The position numbers and the translations under genes are program-made. Shown here piece by piece: positions 38,250 to 47,048 of a stretch of DNA of 64,000 nucleotides. Numbering within the stretch: position 1 is the first letter of the stretch; every line of letters begins with the position of its first letter. The notes under the pieces are model-generated. The model saw only the letters and a list, made by a program, of their open reading frames with translations, was not told the DNA's origin and searched no databases. Origin of the DNA: Euryarchaeota archaeon UBA91 (GTDB lineage Archaea; Thermoplasmatota; Poseidoniia; Poseidoniales; Poseidoniaceae); contig DAMU01000036.1 in the NCBI GenBank assembly GCA_002499705.1, forward strand, positions 7,314 to 71,313, given 5' to 3'.

Positions 38250-41200
38250 ATGCAGAACGATTTGTCGAACGGGCGCGGCGTAATGTTTGTACTGTTCTTC
38301 ATAATGGTACTCGCTCCAATGGGTCCTATGGCGGATGTCGTTGTCGGTTCTGCTGACGCAACAGGGGTTTCACGCCACGTTTACTCGCTCCATGATGGGT
38401 CAACAGAGTATGTAGCACTGTATCAAGGTGCAAACCCTGACACTGGTGCTATGGTATCCTTACCGAAAGGTGCCCTTGTTACTGACGTTTCTCTCACACT
38501 TTCCGGCGCCTCTGCTACGGGATGGAGTCAAACTGCTACTGATGACCGAGATGAATGGATTTCTGGTTCTTCATCAGCTACGGATGACCGAAGCGACGAG
38601 TTAGGACTTGCTTTTTCAAACCGTTCGACAACATTCTTCCCTCATGGTTATGATGAAGTGGAGCATCCTTCCTCCGATGCATGGCTCGATAATGGATCAT
38701 ACGCTATCCGTCAGCCTCACACTTCAAATTCTACAGAAAGCAGATTTTCCCAGCAAGCTCTCAAAACGTCGTCAAGTTTGATGAAACAAAGCCAAGGAGC
38801 GATTTTGAAACACCACGATTGGCTTTTCATGTCGACATGGAGTTCTTCCTCATTCCATAACATCGTTCACAGACTTTATCCAAATAACGCAACGAAGGAA
38901 TCCGTCATTACACTTGACCAAGGACAGTGCACCATTGCCAGCCTTCACCCAAGTTCATATTATGGAAGTTATGGTTTCCGTGACTGGACAATCACTGATG
39001 ATGAGCGTATGTTTGCGATTCTTTCTGGATATCGATACCATTACTCTTCTTCAGCTCCAACTCAATATCACCGCGTACTTGAGATGGACATTTCTCGTGA
39101 CGATACATGGACCTGTATCGATTCATATGACGTCTCTCCGCAGTACTCAGACTACACCGCTATTGCGTATGACCGGACATCCGATGAAGTTTGGATTGTT
39201 CACAACGCTCAGCGCCGCATCGTTCCTTACACTTTTGGCGACCAGCCAGACGGTCAATACACTCGTGGCCAAGATATGTATTCGTATTCTTCATCATCCG
39301 GAAGTTCTTGGGAATGTGGAAAAACCGGCCAACAAGTGCGTGGTTTGGAAGTAAACCAAAGCACTTTTTTCATGCGTTGCCAAAAGGGCACCTCGAGTCA
39401 AGACAAAGACCAGCTTGAGGCTTGGACTATTTCCGGTACATCCACTTCTCTCGTTCCGCAATCGGGTACTCGATTGCTTTCAACTCTCGGTTATGGATTG
39501 CAATATGATGGGTCTCGATTCGTTACTGTAGACTGCGGGTATTCGACTTGGTCTTCTGCAACTTTGTATTACCGTGAATACGGCACAGGATGGCAGTTCA
39601 AGACAACACCTGCTCCGGGAACGACTACGTGGTATGGCCCTGTAACTGAATCATCAGATCCGATTTTAATGGTAAATATGCAAACATATTCTTCTGCAGC
39701 CTCCATTGGTGATAGAGTCGATTACTGGGTTTCTGCTGATAATGGAACGCATTGGGAATCTGTGGAATCAAATTCGACCATTCATTTTTCATACCCCGGA
39801 ACTGAATTAGTTTGGAAAGCTCAGTTGATTGGTTCTACTGCAGTATCTTGGTGGGTGGACTTAGAATATTCGACAGAATATGCATCCTCTGGCAGTTGGA
39901 CTTCACCGCCGTTTACTACGGGTACGAAAATTGGGAAGGTGAAGCCGAATTGGGTTGCTGATGTTCCTTCTGGAACTTCTGTAGTCGTTCAAGTTTCGAA
40001 TGACAACGGTTCGACATGGCTTCCAGCAACAAATAACCAAGAGGTAAGTTTCCCATCAACTGAGGCTGGAAATACAATCAAATATGCAGTAAGTTTGTCA
40101 ACAACCGATGTTTCTCTCTCCCCCTTGATTGATTCAATCACGATGGAATACGAAGAAGGATATCCTGACCGTCCGAAACTGGATATCGGAAATGATTTGG
40201 TTTGGGATTGGGAATCTCTTCTTTTCCTGAATGAATCAGCAGTAACTGCCTCTGACCAATCCGTAGTGAATGATGAAGTTCAGGCACAACCAACGCTCGT
40301 TCAAGCGTTTAATTCGTTTATTCCTCAAAACGGTGATGGCGACGTGCTTATTCCTATTGCAGTCAAAGCAGCCTCATCCGGTAGGGTGAAGATTTCCAAC
40401 ATTGACATCGCCTACAAAATGCAAACACGTGCAATTGACGCTTCACTCGAAGGAGGTCTTCTTTCGCCTGATGGTATATCTCGAAATTTACAGGTTCGTA
40501 TCGCACCTGGTGATGAAGTTGACAGAGTGACTGAATCGCTTATTGCTCTAAATAATTCATACGGCGAAAATCCAGCGTTTGATTGGCAGCGTGGTGATAC
40601 ATGTTCTGTAATTAGTGATGCCGGTGGCATTGTTCAATTCGATGTAGCAAACTGTACTTCAACAATGGACTCATTCGGCGAAGTTACGATTCGAATACCG
40701 GTAGCTGTAAACTGGACTTGGGATGACGAAAGCAGCATGCAGGCCTTGATTACAGTCGAAGATGACCTCGGACAGGCAGTATCTGCTTGGGAAACTGAAG
40801 ACTTGGATATCATTGTTGAAAATGACATTCAACTTGATGGTCTACGTGTTTTCGAGGAAACTGGACGTGAGCTCTACTCTCAAGACTGGGTGCGAGGCGG
40901 ATTCAATCTCTCATTCACTGGTCAGATATTTTTCCAAAATTCTCAACTCACGCCTTTGGGTGGACAATTCGCACTACGAGTCCTCGGACAAAACGTGACG
41001 TATGATGGCGATCCTATCGGGGAGCCTATTCTGTTGGCCCAAGAACAGAATCCAGCATTTGGTGAATACAATATCACTTTCCAATCACCGCTTGAATCCT
41101 CACCAGGAGGAATGGTTTTCTATGTCGAGGCTATTCAATTGAAGAACGGCTCAACCTTTGCTAACCCGGGATACAATACCATACGACTGGTTTTAGATGG

Positions 41201-43685
41201 CAACTCCCCGATTGTTTTGTCTTCGACTCCAGGTGACGGAACTGAACGTCACGCAGGACCGCCAGCCCCTGGTGGTCAGCCAATCAGTATTATGATTCAA
41301 GATTCCGTAGATCCTCCAAACCAAGTCACTTTGAATTATTGGATTGGGTGCAAAGCGAGCGATTCACTTGGTTGCAGTGATTACAATTTTGATGGATTGC
41401 CGAATTCAGATGAATACGAGATGAAGGTCCTCACTTCCCCGGATACTCAAGTCGGTGGGCTGAATATCTTCGATGGATTGATTGATGATTCTATGCTTCT
41501 ACATGGTCAACGTGTGTCGTATTTCATCACCGGAAAAGATGCACAAGATAACGCAATTGCAGAAGGCGGAGGTCCTGTTTGTCCTGACAGCAACATCGCC
41601 TGCGGATACGTTCCCGGCGAGGTTATGCCTGACTGGGACAATGACTTGGGAACCTATAACATACGTGTGGAATTTGAACCGCAGCTCGACTTGGATAATT
41701 CGACTATTTTAGGTCACGATGACAAAGCACCCTTACACCCGGGTATACCATACACCGCTCAAATCGTACTCTCAGACCGTAACGGTTGGGAAGACATTCA
41801 ATACATTCAACTGGCGCTTGGAGGCGACTTCAATGATGACGAAACATCATTGTTCATTTCACTCACGAAAGGAATGGATGGAGCACCAGTCGCTGTAATG
41901 ACATCTGGTTCTGCTAACATCGCAGTTTCGAATCTTTACTCAAGTGTGGACTTGGATGAGAATAACAACAGCATCATCAAAATCCTAGCACGCTTCCAAC
42001 TCACGTGGACGTTCCCTGAATCCTTTGATACAGATGGATTAACTCAAATCACTCCGAAGATTCTTGTTACAGATCTGCCCTGTAATGTGGGGGAAGAGAC
42101 ACCATGCTTCGAAGCAACAGCTGGTTTGGGCAACGATGCTTGGAGTCTTGACAACGATTTCCGATTCGATACCATGGAGGGGCACATTCGTGCAGTTGAA
42201 CTTCGAGATGGAACCAATCATTACAATTCCGACTTTACAGAAACCCTCATCGGTGCTGGTCAGGCCTTACGAGTGAACGGTCGTGTTCTGTTCTCTGAAG
42301 ATGAGACACCTGCTCCTGCAGGTGCATTTGATGTTGTCTTTGGAGACTATGATAATACTTGGAAAACATCAACGCGCAATGATGGTGAGTTCAGCCTTGA
42401 TTTGCTGATACCATCCGTGCCTTCTGGACATCTTGACTTGCGTTTGGGTCTAGGGGATTTGCCAGGTTTAGCTATGGATGAGACACCGACTATACAGCGA
42501 GTTCGTCTTGCTGTTGACAACTCACGCCCTACCATTGCAGCAATTACTCTTGACGAAGTTTCGGCTGGAAACGATTTGTCAATCGGAGCTTGCGGTGACC
42601 TGTTAGTCATGCTTGAAACCATTGATGACTATGGCTTTGACCTTACAGAACCAGCGGTGTTGCATTATCGTGTTCGGGCAGGAGAGGCTGAGATCTCACG
42701 AGGCAGTGTTCCGCTACCTGATACTACTCCGTTTGGTGAACAATTTTTCTGGACTGGTAATCTCGACCTCACTGATTCAGGAGCCACTACGCTTTTGCCG
42801 TCCTACATGGTTGACGTTTGGGTTTCAGGTTCAGACTCTTCAGGTAACCCGTTTGATACGCTCGGTAATTCCATTTCCCAACCAATCGCATCATGGTCGC
42901 TGGCTCTACTCGGGCCAAGCATTGACTTGAATTTGCCAACAAGTACATTCTCTTGGGATGACCCAAGTCCAATCACCGGGCAAGAAGTTGGACTCGAGTT
43001 TGAAGTTCGTAATCTCGGAGGAAAGGGCGATGTTGCTTTCATTCTCCAGCGAGCAGTTGATGGAGGGTTCTGGCAAGATACCTCACGCATTGACCTCGTA
43101 GCATCAGCCGGTTCGACAGTCGTTGGAACTCTACCAACGGTGGCCGATGTTGATGCGGGCGACAGTATTCAGTTCAGAATCGTCATCTTGGTTGATGAAG
43201 TCGAGATGGATCGAAAGACACTGGATCCTTTGCTGGTTAAAGAAGAAACAATTCGAGATGGTGAAGCACTTGCATTACAAGCCCAAGAAGGGGCATTCAG
43301 TATCGTTCTTTACCTGATTGCTCTTGTATCTCTAAGCCTTGCAATGTGGTTGCTTGTTATGAATCGAAGAATACGTGAAGGTGAACTCGAAGGTGGAGTT
43401 GAAGACCAGACTGAAGAAGTCCTTGAGGACCTCGCAATCTCGAAAACTCTCCCCGCAATCGATACCAATGTTCCTCCTCCAGCCGGGTTAATTCTTCCAC
43501 AACCGGCTGCAACACCCGCACCTGCAGTTGTTCAACCTGCACCAGCACCCCAACCCGAGCCTGCTCCGCAACTCGATGCTCCACGTGCTCCGCCTCCCCT
43601 ACCGCCGACCGGTTTGCCGCAAGGGTGGACTCAAGAACAGTGGAATCACTTCGGCTGGGACTATGTCAATGCAATGAAAAAGTGA
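38250..43685 (+). CDS. Giant surface protein (1811 aa) with signal peptide, C-terminal TM helix and Pro-rich cytoplasmic tail ending in a PPLPPxGLPxGW-EQW-GxDY motif
   Basis: ATG with GGGGGAG upstream. Signal MFVLFFIMVLAPMGPMADVVVGSADA. Long Ser/Thr/Asn-rich extracellular beta-rich region. TM helix FSIVLYLIALVSLSLAMWLLVM (nt about 43294 onward). Tail ...PPPAGLILPQPAATPAPAVVQPAPAPQPEPAPQLDAPRAPPPLPPTGLPQGWTQEQWNHFGWDYVNAMKK. Confidence 0.7.
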   Translation: MQNDLSNGRGVMFVLFFIMVLAPMGPMADVVVGSADATGVSRHVYSLHDGSTEYVALYQGANPDTGAMVSLPKGALVTDVSLTLSGASATGWSQTATDDRDEWISGSSSATDDRSDELGLAFSNRSTTFFPHGYDEVEHPSSDAWLDNGSYAIRQPHTSNSTESRFSQQALKTSSSLMKQSQGAILKHHDWLFMSTWSSSSFHNIVHRLYPNNATKESVITLDQGQCTIASLHPSSYYGSYGFRDWTITDDERMFAILSGYRYHYSSSAPTQYHRVLEMDISRDDTWTCIDSYDVSPQYSDYTAIAYDRTSDEVWIVHNAQRRIVPYTFGDQPDGQYTRGQDMYSYSSSSGSSWECGKTGQQVRGLEVNQSTFFMRCQKGTSSQDKDQLEAWTISGTSTSLVPQSGTRLLSTLGYGLQYDGSRFVTVDCGYSTWSSATLYYREYGTGWQFKTTPAPGTTTWYGPVTESSDPILMVNMQTYSSAASIGDRVDYWVSADNGTHWESVESNSTIHFSYPGTELVWKAQLIGSTAVSWWVDLEYSTEYASSGSWTSPPFTTGTKIGKVKPNWVADVPSGTSVVVQVSNDNGSTWLPATNNQEVSFPSTEAGNTIKYAVSLSTTDVSLSPLIDSITMEYEEGYPDRPKLDIGNDLVWDWESLLFLNESAVTASDQSVVNDEVQAQPTLVQAFNSFIPQNGDGDVLIPIAVKAASSGRVKISNIDIAYKMQTRAIDASLEGGLLSPDGISRNLQVRIAPGDEVDRVTESLIALNNSYGENPAFDWQRGDTCSVISDAGGIVQFDVANCTSTMDSFGEVTIRIPVAVNWTWDDESSMQALITVEDDLGQAVSAWETEDLDIIVENDIQLDGLRVFEETGRELYSQDWVRGGFNLSFTGQIFFQNSQLTPLGGQFALRVLGQNVTYDGDPIGEPILLAQEQNPAFGEYNITFQSPLESSPGGMVFYVEAIQLKNGSTFANPGYNTIRLVLDGNSPIVLSSTPGDGTERHAGPPAPGGQPISIMIQDSVDPPNQVTLNYWIGCKASDSLGCSDYNFDGLPNSDEYEMKVLTSPDTQVGGLNIFDGLIDDSMLLHGQRVSYFITGKDAQDNAIAEGGGPVCPDSNIACGYVPGEVMPDWDNDLGTYNIRVEFEPQLDLDNSTILGHDDKAPLHPGIPYTAQIVLSDRNGWEDIQYIQLALGGDFNDDETSLFISLTKGMDGAPVAVMTSGSANIAVSNLYSSVDLDENNNSIIKILARFQLTWTFPESFDTDGLTQITPKILVTDLPCNVGEETPCFEATAGLGNDAWSLDNDFRFDTMEGHIRAVELRDGTNHYNSDFTETLIGAGQALRVNGRVLFSEDETPAPAGAFDVVFGDYDNTWKTSTRNDGEFSLDLLIPSVPSGHLDLRLGLGDLPGLAMDETPTIQRVRLAVDNSRPTIAAITLDEVSAGNDLSIGACGDLLVMLETIDDYGFDLTEPAVLHYRVRAGEAEISRGSVPLPDTTPFGEQFFWTGNLDLTDSGATTLLPSYMVDVWVSGSDSSGNPFDTLGNSISQPIASWSLALLGPSIDLNLPTSTFSWDDPSPITGQEVGLEFEVRNLGGKGDVAFILQRAVDGGFWQDTSRIDLVASAGSTVVGTLPTVADVDAGDSIQFRIVILVDEVEMDRKTLDPLLVKEETIRDGEALALQAQEGAFSIVLYLIALVSLSLAMWLLVMNRRIREGELEGGVEDQTEEVLEDLAISKTLPAIDTNVPPPAGLILPQPAATPAPAVVQPAPAPQPEPAPQLDAPRAPPPLPPTGLPQGWTQEQWNHFGWDYVNAMKK
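43593..43682 (+). other. Conserved cytoplasmic C-terminal tail motif PPLPPTGLPQGWTQEQWNHFGWDYVNAMKK (copy A)
   Basis: The last 30 codons of the 1811-aa gene. Its paralogue is at 53167-53250. Confidence 0.6.
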
Positions 43686-43694
43686 GTTGTTTGA

Positions 43695-44147
43695 ATGACT
43701 GACACAGGGGCTACTCCCATCGACGGAATGGTGACATTGCAAGAACGGATGGTGAACCTCATCAATCAACTGAACATGCCTCTAATTGAAGTCAGCCTGG
43801 TTCTCAGCAAGCACATTGCAGGACTTTCTCGTTCATTAGATGAACATATCAACGAAACTCAGCAGACATTTTCTGAATCGGTAACGCATCCTTGGGATAT
43901 AGAAACACCCGAAGACCCAGAAAATGAGTTTAGTTTTGATCTTGAAAAAATATTCAAAATCATTGATGCTGACAGGATGGACATTCTCGCTACCCTTATT
44001 CGAGTGACACTCGTTGAAATTGATGCGTCATTGGCTGAAGGATTACTTGCGTTACGGCCATGGGAGGCACTTTCTCGTACTCAGTTGTCAAAGGCAAAGG
44101 GGCCTGGACAACTCTTCTCACCCCTTGAAATTCCAGAAGACTGGTGA
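43695..44147 (+). CDS. Small acidic hypothetical protein (150 aa), likely co-transcribed with the 1811-aa giant gene
   Basis: Starts 9 nt after the giant gene's stop (tgagttgtttgaATG). No TM helix. Acidic (many D/E), with a conserved-looking core and a C-terminus EIPEDW. Confidence 0.5.
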   Translation: MTDTGATPIDGMVTLQERMVNLINQLNMPLIEVSLVLSKHIAGLSRSLDEHINETQQTFSESVTHPWDIETPEDPENEFSFDLEKIFKIIDADRMDILATLIRVTLVEIDASLAEGLLALRPWEALSRTQLSKAKGPGQLFSPLEIPEDW

Positions 44148-44184
44148 GCAATGGGTTTGAAAATAGCGACACGTACCGCCCAGC

Positions 44185-44976
44185 ATGGACAAGTCGGTTC
44201 GTATCTGTTTTGGAATCCTCGGGGTCCTACTTGCACCACTTCTCTCGGGCTGCATCGGTACTGACGGTCTCGCCAATTCAGCAACAAATCGAGGAATACC
44301 CGGTGGATTGACGCTGGCATGTCTGGATGATTCAGTCTACACTTCGATGGTTGTCGAAGTCGATTATCATCCGGGATATAGACCTGAAACCACCTCTACG
44401 GATTTGTTACTGGAACGTCTTGATTCGGTATGTGACAAACCCCAAGGCATTACGATTCAATTAACCGAGACTTCGTTCACCAATGATGAAATCTGGACTG
44501 CTGATGATGTTCGAGATGTGGGTTGGGAAGAAAAAAGTCATGATCCAAGAGATAAATCAGTTCTTTATTGGCAAGTCATTTTCCCGGCGGGCGTCTATGA
44601 AGACAGCAGTGTTCTCGGTGTTGCTGTTGATGCATCGACCGTGGCTATGTTCAAGGATTCGATAGATGATGCAGAGAATATCTTCCGCAGACCTTCCGCC
44701 GAGAAAATTGAGAACAGTGTATTGGTGCATGAATTTGGTCACCTTTTGGGATTGGTTAACATTGTATACACTTCACCCGCCGACCACGAAGACAGTGAGC
44801 ATCCTGGCCATTCAAACAATGAAGATTCGGTGATGTACTGGGCAATTGAATCTACAAGTATTTCGAATTTCTTTTCAAATGAGTTGCCGACTGAATTTGA
44901 CCTCGATGACAAACAGGACCTGATTGGTTTGGCCGACGGTTCTATTGAATGCACAGACCAGCTGTGGAGACCTTAA
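44185..44976 (+). CDS. Putative lipoprotein zinc metalloprotease (HEXXH, metzincin-like)
   Basis: Lipobox-like signal MDKSVRICFGILGVLLAPLLSGC. Active-site-like VLVHEFGHLLGLVN, then HEDSEHPGH and a Met-turn-like SVMYW. Confidence 0.5.
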   Translation: MDKSVRICFGILGVLLAPLLSGCIGTDGLANSATNRGIPGGLTLACLDDSVYTSMVVEVDYHPGYRPETTSTDLLLERLDSVCDKPQGITIQLTETSFTNDEIWTADDVRDVGWEEKSHDPRDKSVLYWQVIFPAGVYEDSSVLGVAVDASTVAMFKDSIDDAENIFRRPSAEKIENSVLVHEFGHLLGLVNIVYTSPADHEDSEHPGHSNNEDSVMYWAIESTSISNFFSNELPTEFDLDDKQDLIGLADGSIECTDQLWRP

Positions 44977-45395
44977 CCAGTTTGAGAGGCAATAAGTTTC
45001 GTTGCTTCTCGCCAAGCATCAAACACTGAATAAGCCCACAAACCAATCCATAAGACGATGGTAAGGGCAAGTGGAATTTGCAAGAGCGTCCAATCGAATG
45101 CTTTGCGATGTTGTCTGTTGAAATGTTGACCGAGGAATAAAAACGGTATTGATGCCAGTAAGGCAGTGATTAACGGGCGCAACGTGCCCCAAGCGCCTAC
45201 TCCAAAAGTAAACTCTTTCCAGATTTCTCGAAATAAACGGACTGGCCTCCATTCAAGCATGGTGCTTTTCTCCTCATCAGGAGACTCCATGCTCACTTCG
45301 GTATGTACATCCATACTCGCCACTGCATTGCCCTGTTGGTTCTCGTTTGTCAAGATGACGGGGCTTTTTTCGACACGAATATCAAAAACCGCCAA
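44973..45395 (-). CDS. Hypothetical small membrane protein
   Basis: 140-aa ORF with two hydrophobic helices at the C-terminus (LITALLASIPFLFLG; IPLALTIVLWIGLWAYSVF). Weak call. Confidence 0.35.
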   Translation of the reverse strand: MAVFDIRVEKSPVILTNENQQGNAVASMDVHTEVSMESPDEEKSTMLEWRPVRLFREIWKEFTFGVGAWGTLRPLITALLASIPFLFLGQHFNRQHRKAFDWTLLQIPLALTIVLWIGLWAYSVFDAWREATKLIASQTG

Positions 45396-45403
45396 CTCGA
45401 GGC

Positions 45404-46456
45404 GTGGTCATGGTTCGGATTTTAGTGACGGGTTTTGAACCATTTGGCGAGCATGTTGAGAATATTTCCAGCCGGATTGTCGAAGCACTTCCACAACAAA
45501 TTCAGCTTGATGACCCTTGGTCTGCTTTACGAGAAACCAAGAAACAATCTCTACAAGCCGTCATCGAAACACGTATTCTTACCGTTGATGAGGCCGGTTC
45601 ATTGCACACATCCAGCGCAGTTGAAAAAGGAGAGAGATGGGATGCAATTCTACACCTCGGACTCTGCGAATCTTGCCAAATACCTCGAATTGAAACTCTT
45701 GCCCGAGACCATCTTGACATGAGGATTCCAGACAACAGCGGCCGTCAAGTCTCGAATCAAGTGATTACCGGTGAAGGTTCTCTTCCAGTTACTGTACCTG
45801 CAGAGTCATGGATGTCAGTTCCATGGAGTTTGGAATGCGAACTTTCCCAAGATGCAGGTTCGTATCTTTGTAATGAAACACTCTATCAGACACTTCGAGC
45901 ATTACATAAAATTTCACGGGTCAATGAAATCATGCCGCCATGTCTATTTGTCCATCTGCCTGATGTCGTAAACTGTTCAATACAGGAAGGTTTAGAATTT
46001 ACTCACGAGGTTCTTGAAAGAATGATGTTTCGACCCGTCCTTTCTGTTGTCGGTGCTTTGATTACTCGTGGTGAATCTTATCTTGTTGCTCAACGTTCAA
46101 CCACAGAAAAGCATGCCGGGAAGTGGGAGTTTCCCGGAGGAAAAGTTGAGTCAAACGAAACACATCCCTTTGCCTTAGAGCGAGAGATGGATGAAGAATT
46201 TGGATGGCAAGTTCGATGCGGAAATTCGATTGGAACGTGGTATCATTCGCTTGAAAAAATGGATATTGCTTTGCACATTTTGCCAACCGATTTCATCGGC
46301 ATCCCTCCAGATTTTACCGACATGACGCTGTGGACAGCTCATGAGGCAATTTGCTGGAGGAATCTCGACGATCCTTCAAAACTCGACTGGCTTGGAAACG
46401 ACGGTGCTGTTGTCCAATGGATGAAGGAAACGAATTATTTGGCTAAATCCAAGTAA
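45404..46456 (+). CDS. Fusion protein: pyroglutamyl-peptidase I (Pcp, C15)-like N-terminal domain + NUDIX (MutT-like) hydrolase C-terminal domain
   Basis: The N-terminus VRILVTGFEPFGEHVEN matches the Pcp start, and AGSYLCNETLYQTL matches the Pcp catalytic-Cys context. The C-terminal half has the Nudix box GKWEFPGGKVESNETHPFALEREMDEEFG. The track start is a GTG; the ATG at 45410 is likelier. Confidence 0.65.
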   Translation: MVMVRILVTGFEPFGEHVENISSRIVEALPQQIQLDDPWSALRETKKQSLQAVIETRILTVDEAGSLHTSSAVEKGERWDAILHLGLCESCQIPRIETLARDHLDMRIPDNSGRQVSNQVITGEGSLPVTVPAESWMSVPWSLECELSQDAGSYLCNETLYQTLRALHKISRVNEIMPPCLFVHLPDVVNCSIQEGLEFTHEVLERMMFRPVLSVVGALITRGESYLVAQRSTTEKHAGKWEFPGGKVESNETHPFALEREMDEEFGWQVRCGNSIGTWYHSLEKMDIALHILPTDFIGIPPDFTDMTLWTAHEAICWRNLDDPSKLDWLGNDGAVVQWMKETNYLAKSK

Positions 46457-46991
46457 CTGCTTCACCGTCTTCACTCATCGCAAGGTCATCTTTGATTGAA
46501 CGTGGTGCGATATCTCTGCCTTTATGCCAAGTTGCCGCTTCCAACCAGTCACCGAGATTTTCACCTTCAAGAGTGATTGAAATGACTCCGCCGAGAGGCT
46601 GTTCTTCACCTAAAGGAAATGCTATTTTACCAACAATTGCCGCCTGACGTAGTAGGTCAAAGGAAGTGCTTGAGCCATCAAAACGAAGCGTCATTGCGTC
46701 CAGCGCAGTATCGAGTATTCGTTGTTCATGTAATAATTTAAGAAATGTTTCAAGTGAAACTTGCTCACCTCTCCACGTCTCATGAATCGCATTTCCAAGG
46801 GTCGGCACATCGACTTCTTCTTGGCTTGGAAATTCAGGGAAGACAGCGAAAAGTGCTTCTCTCACCTTCGCAGGAGAATCTGCTCCTCTTAGCTCCGTTT
46901 GAACAATGATGCGCAAGTTTTCATTGACACCGTTCAGGCGAAGCATAGGCTCTTGCATGAATACCGCCAAACCTCTCCGGCACATGAACAT
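46443..46991 (-). CDS. Hypothetical cytoplasmic protein
   Basis: The track ORF (start 47141) overlaps the divergent glycosyltransferase gene by 93 nt. In-frame ATGs at 46991, 46985 or 46958 remove the overlap. I do not recognise a family. Confidence 0.4.
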   Translation of the reverse strand: MFMCRRGLAVFMQEPMLRLNGVNENLRIIVQTELRGADSPAKVREALFAVFPEFPSQEEVDVPTLGNAIHETWRGEQVSLETFLKLLHEQRILDTALDAMTLRFDGSSTSFDLLRQAAIVGKIAFPLGEEQPLGGVISITLEGENLGDWLEAATWHKGRDIAPRSIKDDLAMSEDGEAVTWI

Positions 46992-47048
46992 GCCTTTTGA
47001 AGACAAAAAAGGCGAAGAGGTGAAAGTCAAAGTCACATTCGGATTGCT

